Shown here piece by piece: positions 55,978-64,000 of a stretch of DNA of 64,000 nucleotides (the stretch's first letter is position 1; the number at the start of each line of letters is the position of its first letter). The notes beneath the pieces are model-generated. The model searched no databases. It was not told the origin of the DNA and saw only the letters and a list, made by a program, of their open reading frames with translations. Made by a program: the position numbers and the translations under genes. Source of the DNA: an uncultured delta proteobacterium (lineage in GTDB: Bacteria; Desulfobacterota; Binatia; Binatales; Binataceae); contig CAWEEQ010000004.1 in assembly GCA_963808235.1 (NCBI GenBank), forward strand, positions 2,112,001 through 2,176,000, read 5' to 3'.

Positions 55978-56448
55978 ATGGGTGACGAAGCAGTGACGAC
56001 ATTGGAGACAGGCACCTCGCGAAGGTTGCTCGGGCTGGTGGCGATCGCGGCGCTGGCGTTCTGCGTCGGGCTCGCATCGGCGCAAGTCGCGGTGGCGCGG
56101 GCGCAGAGCGATGGCACCTCCGCAGATGCGTCCGCCGCGCCGTCGGCGGATCAACAGGATCAGAACGCGGCGACCGATCAGCAGGAGACTCAGACAGCAC
56201 CCGACCCTGCCCAGGCGGAGCATGATGCCGCCGAGGCGGCAGACGAGGCGCTAGACAACGCGAACGAAGCCCGCGAGAATCTCGACGAGAACGCGACGCC
56301 GGAACAGATCACCGCGGCCGATCAGGCAGTCGCGCAGGCGCAAGCCGCCAAGGATGCCGCGGACGAGGCAGCGGACAAAGCAGAAGACGCCGCCAACGAG
56401 GACACGGACGCCGACCAGACCGCGGACCAGGCATCACAAGATCAGTGA
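55978..56448 (+). CDS. Secreted acidic Ala/Asp/Gln-rich low-complexity protein
   Basis: Signal peptide followed by a D/E/Q/A-rich helical region. Confidence 0.65.
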   Translation: MGDEAVTTLETGTSRRLLGLVAIAALAFCVGLASAQVAVARAQSDGTSADASAAPSADQQDQNAATDQQETQTAPDPAQAEHDAAEAADEALDNANEARENLDENATPEQITAADQAVAQAQAAKDAADEAADKAEDAANEDTDADQTADQASQDQ

Positions 56449-56956
56449 GCTGATTTTTCTCCTTTCCACGATACGTCACATTTCACGTTCACGCGCGCGT
56501 CATCAGATTCGGCTACCGTTTTCACATTTTAGTTCCTCATCTCGCGGTAATCGCTCCGTTTCGGCAGAGGACGCATCCCCAGATCCGAAAATATCCTGGC
56601 AAGCATCGGGAAACGTAAACTTTTGACGCCTGTAGTTTCGGGCTGAAAAAACAGAAATCGTAGGCAACGTGTGGCTTTTATACGCATTGCTTCGAAAACC
56701 GCAGGCGTGAAACCGAGCGTCGAGGCGAGTTTCTGATCCGGTCAAACGTTACCATTAGTGGATTTGATCGGCGTATCACTGGATCATTGTCTCTCAATGA
56801 GCTATTTCTTCGCTTTATTAGGCTCTGAGTGGCGCAATTCGACTGTGGATGCGGTGGGTGCTGTAGATGCTAGCAATGCTCTAGAGTGCATAGGTCACTT
56901 AACGTGACCTGGATCGTCGAGGGGTCAGGATTTACCAAGGTCGTCGATTTTTGAAG

Positions 56957-58147
56957 ATGGGAAGCGAAAATCTCAGCGAGACGAGGCAACATGCCGGGCG
57001 GCGTCGCGCAGTGCTGCATCTGTTGACCGGCAAAGTATTTGGCGGCGCGGAGGAGCATGCACTGTCAATCCTGACCGGGATGAGCGCGTACGGATTCGAG
57101 CCGTATCTGGCGGCGCCGAGCGAGCTTATCGAATCGATGGAGCCGGCGCTTACTGACGCTGGCGTCAAGTGCATGAGGCTGCAGTTTTCGTCGCGACTCG
57201 ATGTGCTGTCGGGTGCGCGACTGCTGCGCTTCATCCGGCGCGAAAATATCGCGCTGGTGCATTGTCATCTGTTCACTGCGAGTTTGCACGGGGCTGGAGT
57301 CGCGCGGATGGCGGGCGTCGACGGGGTGATCGAGACCTGTCACGGTCCCGAGGTCTGGCGGATGGGGAAAGGACTGCGCGGCAGCTTCTGGGTGGATCGG
57401 CAGGTCGGACGGCTGGTGGATAAGTATGTCGCGGTGTCGCACGCGGCGGCGCGCCATCTGATCGAAACGAAGGGAGTGCCGAAGAGCAAAATCCGGGTCA
57501 TCCACAACGGGCGCGATCTGGATCGTTTCGCTCCAGCGGACACGCAGCGGGGCATCGCGACTCGCGCGGCGCTCGAGCTGGACGATGAACCGACGATCCT
57601 GACGCTGGCGCGGCTGGAAGATCAGAAGGGTCATCGGCATCTGATCGATGCGCTCGCGATGCTGGCTGCGCGCCGGCCAAACCTGGTCACGCTGCTCGCG
57701 GGCTCGGGTCCGCTCGAGCATCTATTGCGCGCGCAGTGCGCGGCGCTGGGAATTGCCGATCGCGTACGCTTTCTCGGCTATCGGCGCGACGTGGCGGAGT
57801 TGCTCGAAGCGGCTGACCTGGTCGTGTTGCCATCGCTATACGAAGGTCTTCCGCTGGTCGCTATCGAGGCGCTGGCGGCGGGACGCGCGATGATCGCGAC
57901 GGAAGTCGACGGCACACCCGAAGTTGTGATCCATGAAAAAACCGGGCTGCTGGTGCCGCCCGCGAATCCTGTGGCGCTGGCGGCGGCTATAGAGCGATTG
58001 CTCGACGATCCGGCGTTGGCGTCGCGGCTGGCATCGCAGGGACGCAAATTCGTGCAACAAAACTTCGCACTGCAACGACAAATCGAACAGACGGTGGCGC
58101 TCTACGCAGAGCTGACCGGTCTGGGGAGGAAAGGCGAAGCTGCCTAG
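56957..58147 (+). CDS. Glycosyltransferase family 4
   Basis: GGAEEH, IHNG.D, RLEDQKG, EGLPLVAIEA. Confidence 0.93.
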   Translation: MGSENLSETRQHAGRRRAVLHLLTGKVFGGAEEHALSILTGMSAYGFEPYLAAPSELIESMEPALTDAGVKCMRLQFSSRLDVLSGARLLRFIRRENIALVHCHLFTASLHGAGVARMAGVDGVIETCHGPEVWRMGKGLRGSFWVDRQVGRLVDKYVAVSHAAARHLIETKGVPKSKIRVIHNGRDLDRFAPADTQRGIATRAALELDDEPTILTLARLEDQKGHRHLIDALAMLAARRPNLVTLLAGSGPLEHLLRAQCAALGIADRVRFLGYRRDVAELLEAADLVVLPSLYEGLPLVAIEALAAGRAMIATEVDGTPEVVIHEKTGLLVPPANPVALAAAIERLLDDPALASRLASQGRKFVQQNFALQRQIEQTVALYAELTGLGRKGEAA

Positions 58148-58169
58148 GGGGCGCGCGTCGGGGGTCTGA

Positions 58170-59300
58170 ATGCTCGCGGGGATTTTTTACATTGCAGCAG
58201 CACTGCTGCTGTACGCGTACGTGCTTTACCCGCTGGTGCTGATCGCACTGGCGGCGGGCATGGGCGACAGCGATAATCGCGCCAATTCATCGAGCGGCGG
58301 CGCAGATGTGCCGTCGTTGTCGGTGATCGTAGCGGCGTACAACGAAGAGAGCTGTATCGCGGAAAAGATCGAGAATTTCCTCGCATGCCGCTACGCGGGC
58401 ATCGCGGAGATGATCGTGGTGTCGGACGGGTCGAGCGATCGGACCGCGGAAATCGCAAAATCGATGGAGAGTGAGCGGGTGCGCGTGATTGCGAATCGCT
58501 CGCGCGCGGGCAAGGGAGTCGCGGTGAATGCGGGCGCGGCGGCCTCACGCGGAGAAGTGCTGGTCTTCACCGATGCGAACACTTTGTTCGCGGCCGATGC
58601 GCTGGAAAACGTGGCGCGGCCGCTGCGCGACAAATCGATCGGATTGGTGACCGGAGTATCGCGCTACCTGGATGGGGCAATCGGGTCGGCATACCAGCGC
58701 TACGAGCAGATGCTGAAGGCGATGGAGTCGCGGCTGGGCGTGGTGGCAGGGGCTGACGGCGCACTGTACGCGATGCGAAAGAACCTGTTCAAGGAAATGG
58801 ATCCAGCGCTGATCAATGATTTCATGCATCCAATTCTGGCGTCGCTGCAAAACACGAACTCAGTGATGTCGCGCGACGCGGTCTGCTTCGAAGAATTCAC
58901 GGCGGCGAGCGAATTCGCGCGGCAGGTGCGGATGGTCTCGCAGGCGGCGGCGGTTTATTTCCGGTTTCTTCCGGAGCTCATCCGCAAGGGCCGCTGGCGC
59001 TCGATCCTGGTGCTGACCTCGCACAAGATGCTGCGCTGGCTGACGGCGCCGATTCTGGCGATCGCAATAGTGACGACGCTGGCGCTGGCGGATCGGGGCG
59101 GAATCTACCGAATCGCGCTCACCGGAGAGATTTTGTTCGCAATCGTCGCAGGCTTGGGGCTCTTCGCGCGGCGGCGCGGACTGGAAGGAAAATTGACCTT
59201 CGCGTACCAGTTCGTCGCGCTGAATTGCGCGCAGGCGGTCGGGCTGTGGCGATGTTTTTTCGGGGAAATTCCCGCGGTCTGGGAACCAAGAAATCTTTAG
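58170..59300 (+). CDS. Glycosyltransferase family 2 (membrane)
   Basis: IVAAYNEE, SDGSSD.T, FTDAN, RQVRM, HKMLRW. Confidence 0.92.
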   Translation: MLAGIFYIAAALLLYAYVLYPLVLIALAAGMGDSDNRANSSSGGADVPSLSVIVAAYNEESCIAEKIENFLACRYAGIAEMIVVSDGSSDRTAEIAKSMESERVRVIANRSRAGKGVAVNAGAAASRGEVLVFTDANTLFAADALENVARPLRDKSIGLVTGVSRYLDGAIGSAYQRYEQMLKAMESRLGVVAGADGALYAMRKNLFKEMDPALINDFMHPILASLQNTNSVMSRDAVCFEEFTAASEFARQVRMVSQAAAVYFRFLPELIRKGRWRSILVLTSHKMLRWLTAPILAIAIVTTLALADRGGIYRIALTGEILFAIVAGLGLFARRRGLEGKLTFAYQFVALNCAQAVGLWRCFFGEIPAVWEPRNL

Positions 59301-59317
59301 GAGGGTGGGGGGAACGG

Positions 59318-60376
59318 TTGAGCGTTGTAGTTTGCAGTGAAGATCGGCGCGCCGATTGGGACGAACTGATTGCGCAGTGCGCTGACGCAACCTCGGGCCA
59401 TCTCTGGAATTGGCGCGAGGTGGTCGGCTCGGCGTATGGGTTCGATTCCTTCTACCTGCTCGCTCAGGACGGACGCGACCGTCCGATCGCCGCGGCGCCG
59501 TTTGTTTTCATGCGCAGCTTTCTTTACGGCAACGAACTCGCGTCGATGCCCTACATCGATTACGGCGGGGTCTGTCATGCTGACGGGCTTGATTCCGCGC
59601 AGCGCGAGGCGGCGAACGCCGAGCTGATCGCCTATGCGCGGACGCTCTCGGGAAAGCTCGGTGCGAAGCGGCTGCATATCCGCAGTTTGCGCAAACTTGA
59701 GCCGCCATTTGAAATCAGCACAGAGAAAGTGACGCAGCATCTGGCGCTCGCATCGACCGTCGAGGAGCAGATGCGTCGGCTGCCTTCGGAGCGGCGCAAT
59801 CGGCTGAGGCGCATCGAAAAGCTGGGACTCAACGTTGACTTGAGTGACCCCGCCGATCCGGTCGCGCAGGCTCAACTGTGCGCGATCTATTCGGAGAATA
59901 TGCGCGACCTCGGATCGCCGACGCATAGCAGGCGCTTCTTCGCCCAACTCGTGCACCATCTGCGCGATCGGCTTTCGCTGATTCGCGTGCGCAGCAAGGG
60001 GCGCGTCGTCGCGGCCGGCCTGGCAATGAATTTCCGCGGCTCGATGATGCTTCCGTGGACGGGCGCCACCGCGGAGTCGCGTCCGGTATACGGCACCAAC
60101 GCTCTATACTGGGCCGGGATACAACTCGGCATCGAATCGGGATGCCACACTTTCGATTTCGGGCGATCGACGTTCGGCTCGGGCATCTTTGAATTCAAGC
60201 GCCAATGGGGCCCGACTCCGGTGCAGCCGTATTGGAGCACGCTGTATCTCTCGCCGCGGGCCGCGGCGCCGCGCGGGCGCAAGAGCCTGCAGGCGATCAG
60301 CCGTCTCTGGCGTTATCTGCCGCTCAGCGTCGCCAGCGCGGTGGGACCGGGGCTTAGACGGGGGATCTCAAATTGA
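59318..60376 (+). CDS. FemAB-related GNAT protein of EPS loci
   Basis: SMPYIDYGG, NMRDLGSP, FDFGRS, FKRQWG. Confidence 0.88.
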   Translation: MSVVVCSEDRRADWDELIAQCADATSGHLWNWREVVGSAYGFDSFYLLAQDGRDRPIAAAPFVFMRSFLYGNELASMPYIDYGGVCHADGLDSAQREAANAELIAYARTLSGKLGAKRLHIRSLRKLEPPFEISTEKVTQHLALASTVEEQMRRLPSERRNRLRRIEKLGLNVDLSDPADPVAQAQLCAIYSENMRDLGSPTHSRRFFAQLVHHLRDRLSLIRVRSKGRVVAAGLAMNFRGSMMLPWTGATAESRPVYGTNALYWAGIQLGIESGCHTFDFGRSTFGSGIFEFKRQWGPTPVQPYWSTLYLSPRAAAPRGRKSLQAISRLWRYLPLSVASAVGPGLRRGISN

Positions 60377-61197
60377 GTTCAGTTGCGGCAACGCGATTTG
60401 GTATCGAGAAAGCTGCGGGCGAGCCCTCGCGCATCCGCCGCAATGCGTATCGCTTGATCGGCGAGATTCACATCCCAGGACGGATTCGGCTGGGCCACGT
60501 GTTCCGCGAGATCGACGCGCTGGGCCTGCCGGAAAGCGGCGTGCGGATGCTCGATGCGGGCACCGGGCGCGGCGATATCGCGCTGCACTGCGCCCGGCTC
60601 CATCCGGATTGGCAGGTTCATGGAATCGATCTGCTCGATGAGCGCGTGGAGCGCTGTCTCACGGCGGCGGGAAACTTGAAGCTGGGCAACGTTACGTTCA
60701 GCCGCGACAACCTGCTCAACCTGGCGGAGAAGTCGAAATACGATCTGATCACCAACACCGACGTGCTCGAACACATCGAGGACGATCGCGGTGCGATGGC
60801 GAATCTCGCGGGGGCGTTGGCGCCCGGCGGATATCTGCTGTTGACCTTTCCCTCGGTGCCGCAGCGCCGCCATCTGCGCATGGTCACATGGCGCGAGCGC
60901 CGGATCGGATTCAAGCCCGAGGACATCGGGCATGTGCGTCCGGGCTACTCGCCGGAGATGATTAACGGGTTGGCGCGCGAGGTCGGGCTCGAGCCGGTCA
61001 AGACGGTCTGGACGTACGGGCCGTTCGGCAATTTCGCGCACGACATTTTTTTCGTGCTCGGAGACAGCAAGCCGAATCCGATCGTATTCGCCGCCGCCCT
61101 GCCCTTTCTGCTCGCGCTGAGTTTTCTCGAGCTTCACACTCCGACCCGGCATGGTTCCGGGCTGCTCGCGATCGTGAGGAAGCCGGCAATCCGATGA
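60373..61197 (+). CDS. Class I SAM-dependent methyltransferase
   Basis: LDAGTGRG, DVLEHIEDD, GHVRPGY. Confidence 0.9.
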   Translation: MSSVAATRFGIEKAAGEPSRIRRNAYRLIGEIHIPGRIRLGHVFREIDALGLPESGVRMLDAGTGRGDIALHCARLHPDWQVHGIDLLDERVERCLTAAGNLKLGNVTFSRDNLLNLAEKSKYDLITNTDVLEHIEDDRGAMANLAGALAPGGYLLLTFPSVPQRRHLRMVTWRERRIGFKPEDIGHVRPGYSPEMINGLAREVGLEPVKTVWTYGPFGNFAHDIFFVLGDSKPNPIVFAAALPFLLALSFLELHTPTRHGSGLLAIVRKPAIR

Positions 61198-62327
61198 AAG
61201 CAAATATTTTCGTGCTAATGGATGCGCTCGGCTGGGAATGGATCAAAGATCATCCGTTCCTGAAGGAGGTTGCGCCCTTCCGGCGTCCTCTCGATTCCGT
61301 ACTTGGATTCAGCACCGCCGCGATTCCATCGATACTCACCGGGCGATTTCCGCAAGAGCACGGACGTCTCTCGTTGTTCCATCGCGCCAACGGACACTCG
61401 CCATTCTCGAAGCTGAGCCTCATCTGCGCGATGCCTGCGCGGATGGTCGAGAATCGTTACGCGCGCTTCGCGGTGAAAACGATCGCCCGGCGGATTAATC
61501 ATCTGAGCGGATATTTCCAGCTTTACGGCGTGCCGCTGAGCTACCTGCCGAAGCTCGACGTGTGCGAGAAGCGCAACATCTATGCACCCGGCGGAATTCC
61601 CGGTTCCACGTCCATTTTCGACCTGCTCGAGCGCAGCGGCACCTCCTACAAGGCCTACTGCTATCACGACGGAACGGATCAGCAACTGCTGGCAACTATC
61701 GAAGCGGACTTACGCGCGGGAGAGGCGAAATTCTATTTTCTGTACCTGGCGGAGCTTGACCATTTTCTTCACCTGCACGCCGATGATCGCGCCGGCGTCG
61801 CTGAAGTACTGAACAAATATTCGGCCGCGCTCGCGCGCTTGCACCAGATCGCACTGAAGACTTATGGCGCCGCGGATATTCACGTGTTCGGCGATCACGG
61901 AATGGCGCCGACTGTGGCGACGTTAAATATCCAGGCCATGCTGGCGGCGCTTCCGATTAGCGCGCCCGCCGATTACATGTGCCTGCTGGATTCCACGATG
62001 GCGCGTTTTTGGTTCTTCTCCGACCGCGCCCGAACTCTGGTGACGGCAGCTCTGAAAGAGGTCGATGGTGGAAGATGGCTCGAATCCGCCGACCTCAAGG
62101 AGCTTCGCGCGTGGTTTCCAGATGGGAAGTACGGCGAACAGATTTTTCTGACTGAGCCCGGAACGGTAATCGCACCGAGTCACATGGGCGTGCAGGCTCC
62201 GGCCGGGATGCACGGTTTTCACCCAACGGCGCCGCATTCGCGGTCGGCATTCGTGTCGAGCGTCGATCACGGCGACAGCATCAATCAGATCACAGACATA
62301 TTCGGCGTTATGAAGGCGCAAATATGA
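61194..62327 (+). CDS. Alkaline phosphatase superfamily nucleotide pyrophosphatase/phosphodiesterase
   Basis: MDALGW, LGFS...PSILTG, LDHFLH, FGDHGM, GMHG. Confidence 0.87.
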   Translation: MKANIFVLMDALGWEWIKDHPFLKEVAPFRRPLDSVLGFSTAAIPSILTGRFPQEHGRLSLFHRANGHSPFSKLSLICAMPARMVENRYARFAVKTIARRINHLSGYFQLYGVPLSYLPKLDVCEKRNIYAPGGIPGSTSIFDLLERSGTSYKAYCYHDGTDQQLLATIEADLRAGEAKFYFLYLAELDHFLHLHADDRAGVAEVLNKYSAALARLHQIALKTYGAADIHVFGDHGMAPTVATLNIQAMLAALPISAPADYMCLLDSTMARFWFFSDRARTLVTAALKEVDGGRWLESADLKELRAWFPDGKYGEQIFLTEPGTVIAPSHMGVQAPAGMHGFHPTAPHSRSAFVSSVDHGDSINQITDIFGVMKAQI

Positions 62328-62342
62328 AGCGGGGGCGCGGCT

Positions 62343-63251
62343 ATGATACACGCAGAAATTAGTCACGCGACATTGATTCACCTCACGTCGTTAGTGATGG
62401 CGATCGGCGCCGTATGCGAGGAAGGCTACGTGCGGCTGCGGAAAAACTTCAGCCACTGGCGCGTGCCGAGTGGCATCGTCGAGGATCTCGTCGATCATCG
62501 AAGCACGGTCAGCTTCCGGCGCGGCGCGATGGTATTTCTCGAAGGATCGCCGGGCGACTTATTCGGATGCGTGCTGGCCGGTTACGTGAAGGTGTATTGC
62601 AACGCGGCCAATGGCACTCGAGTGCTCGCGCGGCTGGCGGGTCCGGGTGACATAGTCGGTTACGCGGATTGCGAAGACGGCAGGGGGCGGCGGTCGAAGA
62701 TATTTGAGACGCAGGCGCTGACTAAGTGCTCGATTGCGCTTTTCACCCGAGAGCGGGCGGTACGGCTCCTGCGCACGCTTGACCCCGATCAGGCTATAGA
62801 GCTCTACCAATCGTTAAACTCGTTCTGGTCGTTGACGCTCCATTGGTGGACGAGTTTTCTTGGCTTGTCGTTCCAACAGCGCCTGGAAGTCGTGCTAGGT
62901 GATCTAGGCCGACGGGTAGGTGTCCATGACAATCGTGGCACGGTCATAATTCCTGAGCTGTCACAAGCCGATTTGGCAGAGATGATCGCGAGCTCGCGAC
63001 CGCTGGTCAGCCGGCTTTTGAATGAAATGGAGGGCCGTGGTCTGGTTCAGCGGCGCGGGAAACAGTATGTTCTATTGAACGGCTGGGACTCCAGGGAACA
63101 TGGTTTCGCGCGGATGCAGAGTCCGCTAGGTGAGGAGCCGCGCTCGGCGGAGCCGGCTGGGCAGCAGCACTATGGCCGGCTTGCGGTCGTCGGCGAGCGG
63201 CCGGGGGATACGAGGGGAAGGACGACGCTAAGTGGTGTGGCGGGAAAGTAG
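62343..63251 (+). CDS. Crp/Fnr family transcriptional regulator
   Basis: cNMP-binding-like barrel (FLEGSPGD, GYVKV, GPGDIVG) and HTH LSQADLAEMIASSRPLVSRLL. Confidence 0.88.
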   Translation: MIHAEISHATLIHLTSLVMAIGAVCEEGYVRLRKNFSHWRVPSGIVEDLVDHRSTVSFRRGAMVFLEGSPGDLFGCVLAGYVKVYCNAANGTRVLARLAGPGDIVGYADCEDGRGRRSKIFETQALTKCSIALFTRERAVRLLRTLDPDQAIELYQSLNSFWSLTLHWWTSFLGLSFQQRLEVVLGDLGRRVGVHDNRGTVIIPELSQADLAEMIASSRPLVSRLLNEMEGRGLVQRRGKQYVLLNGWDSREHGFARMQSPLGEEPRSAEPAGQQHYGRLAVVGERPGDTRGRTTLSGVAGK

Positions 63252-63255
63252 TTTG

Positions 63256-63909
63256 ATGAGAATTAGTGCGATCGAGTTCGCCGCCGATATTGCGAGCGGG
63301 GATGCGGCGTTGTTCGGAATAATTCTGCTCGCGGTCGCGATTTCAATGTCGACGGCTGCGTGCAGCCTGTTCAATTCCACTCCGGTGCGGCAGACAGTCG
63401 TGCCCCGCGCGACTGGAAAGAACGCCGATCCTTACATTATCGGCCGCGACGATGAGCTCGAGATCATCGTCTGGACCCAGCCGCAGCTCAGCGGCAAGGT
63501 TATCGTCGCGTCGGACGGAACTATCTCGATGCCGCTGATTGGGCGGGTCCCCGCCGCCGGTCTTACGCCGGACCTGCTCAAAGTGGACCTCGAGAAGCGC
63601 TACGCGCGCTACGTTCATGGGGCGAATGCTACGGTGCGAGTGAGCGATCCGGCAAGCCACGTGTTCTACGTGCTGGGCGAGGTGAACAAGCCGGGGGTGT
63701 ACAAGCTGCATTCCGGCGAAGTACTTTCGCAGGCGCTGGCAGAGGCTGGTGGTTTGGGTCAATACGCGGATTCGGGGAAGATCCGGATTCTACGCCATAG
63801 AGAAACTGAGACCGTTGTTCTGACGGTCAACTACAACGTGGTAAGGTCCGGCGGCGATCAATCCGCGGACATACCAGTCGAGCCTGGAGACACGGTCTCT
63901 GTGCCATAG
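63256..63909 (+). CDS. Polysaccharide biosynthesis/export protein (Wza-like, Poly_export + SLBB)
   Basis: YIIG.DD.L.I.VW, DGTISMPLIG, VLGEVNKPG, PGDTV.VP. Confidence 0.92.
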   Translation: MRISAIEFAADIASGDAALFGIILLAVAISMSTAACSLFNSTPVRQTVVPRATGKNADPYIIGRDDELEIIVWTQPQLSGKVIVASDGTISMPLIGRVPAAGLTPDLLKVDLEKRYARYVHGANATVRVSDPASHVFYVLGEVNKPGVYKLHSGEVLSQALAEAGGLGQYADSGKIRILRHRETETVVLTVNYNVVRSGGDQSADIPVEPGDTVSVP

Positions 63910-63921
63910 GTTAAGCAGGGT

Positions 63922-64000
63922 ATGCGGCAAAGCATTCGACTTACTATCCCACGCATCGTTGCAGTCCTGGTCCTGGCTATGCCTGCCGTGGCACGCGCTG
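63922..64000 (+). CDS. 5' end of a secreted protein, truncated by the window
   Basis: MRQSIRLTIPRIVAVLVLAMPAVARA signal peptide. Confidence 0.5.
   Translation, partial: MRQSIRLTIPRIVAVLVLAMPAVARA

Overview
GC-rich bacterial window; gene style suggests Candidatus Binatia or a similar soil lineage (inference, not tested). It has four blocks. (1) 0.4-15.2 kb: stress and housekeeping genes (SDR, Dps, catalase, aldo/keto reductase, RND pump, beta-hydroxyacid dehydrogenase) and a STAND ATPase. (2) 15.2-33.0 kb, the main result: a heavily tailored lasso-peptide gene cluster. It encodes two RREs, a B2 peptidase, a cyclase, an ABC exporter, an HprK-like kinase, a nucleotidyltransferase, a TPR-GT41 glycosyltransferase, a PRMT-like methyltransferase, a JmjC oxygenase and an extra NHLP-leader peptide. 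Two tandem precursor genes, not correctly called by the ORF track, encode the identical 20-aa core MMHRNTMQDTGDGTHTSDNT (predicted Met1-Asp9 ring, C-terminal Thr). (3) 33.4-56.4 kb: a surface-protein island with three [collagen-like protein - conserved hairpin - small four-Cys secreted protein] modules, GT-C type enzymes and large secreted proteins. (4) 56.9-64 kb: the start of an exopolysaccharide locus. Many genes carry single-base frameshifts, mostly net +1, that look like sequencing errors; coordinates for those genes are reconstructions. No rRNA, tRNA, CRISPR array or transposase was seen.
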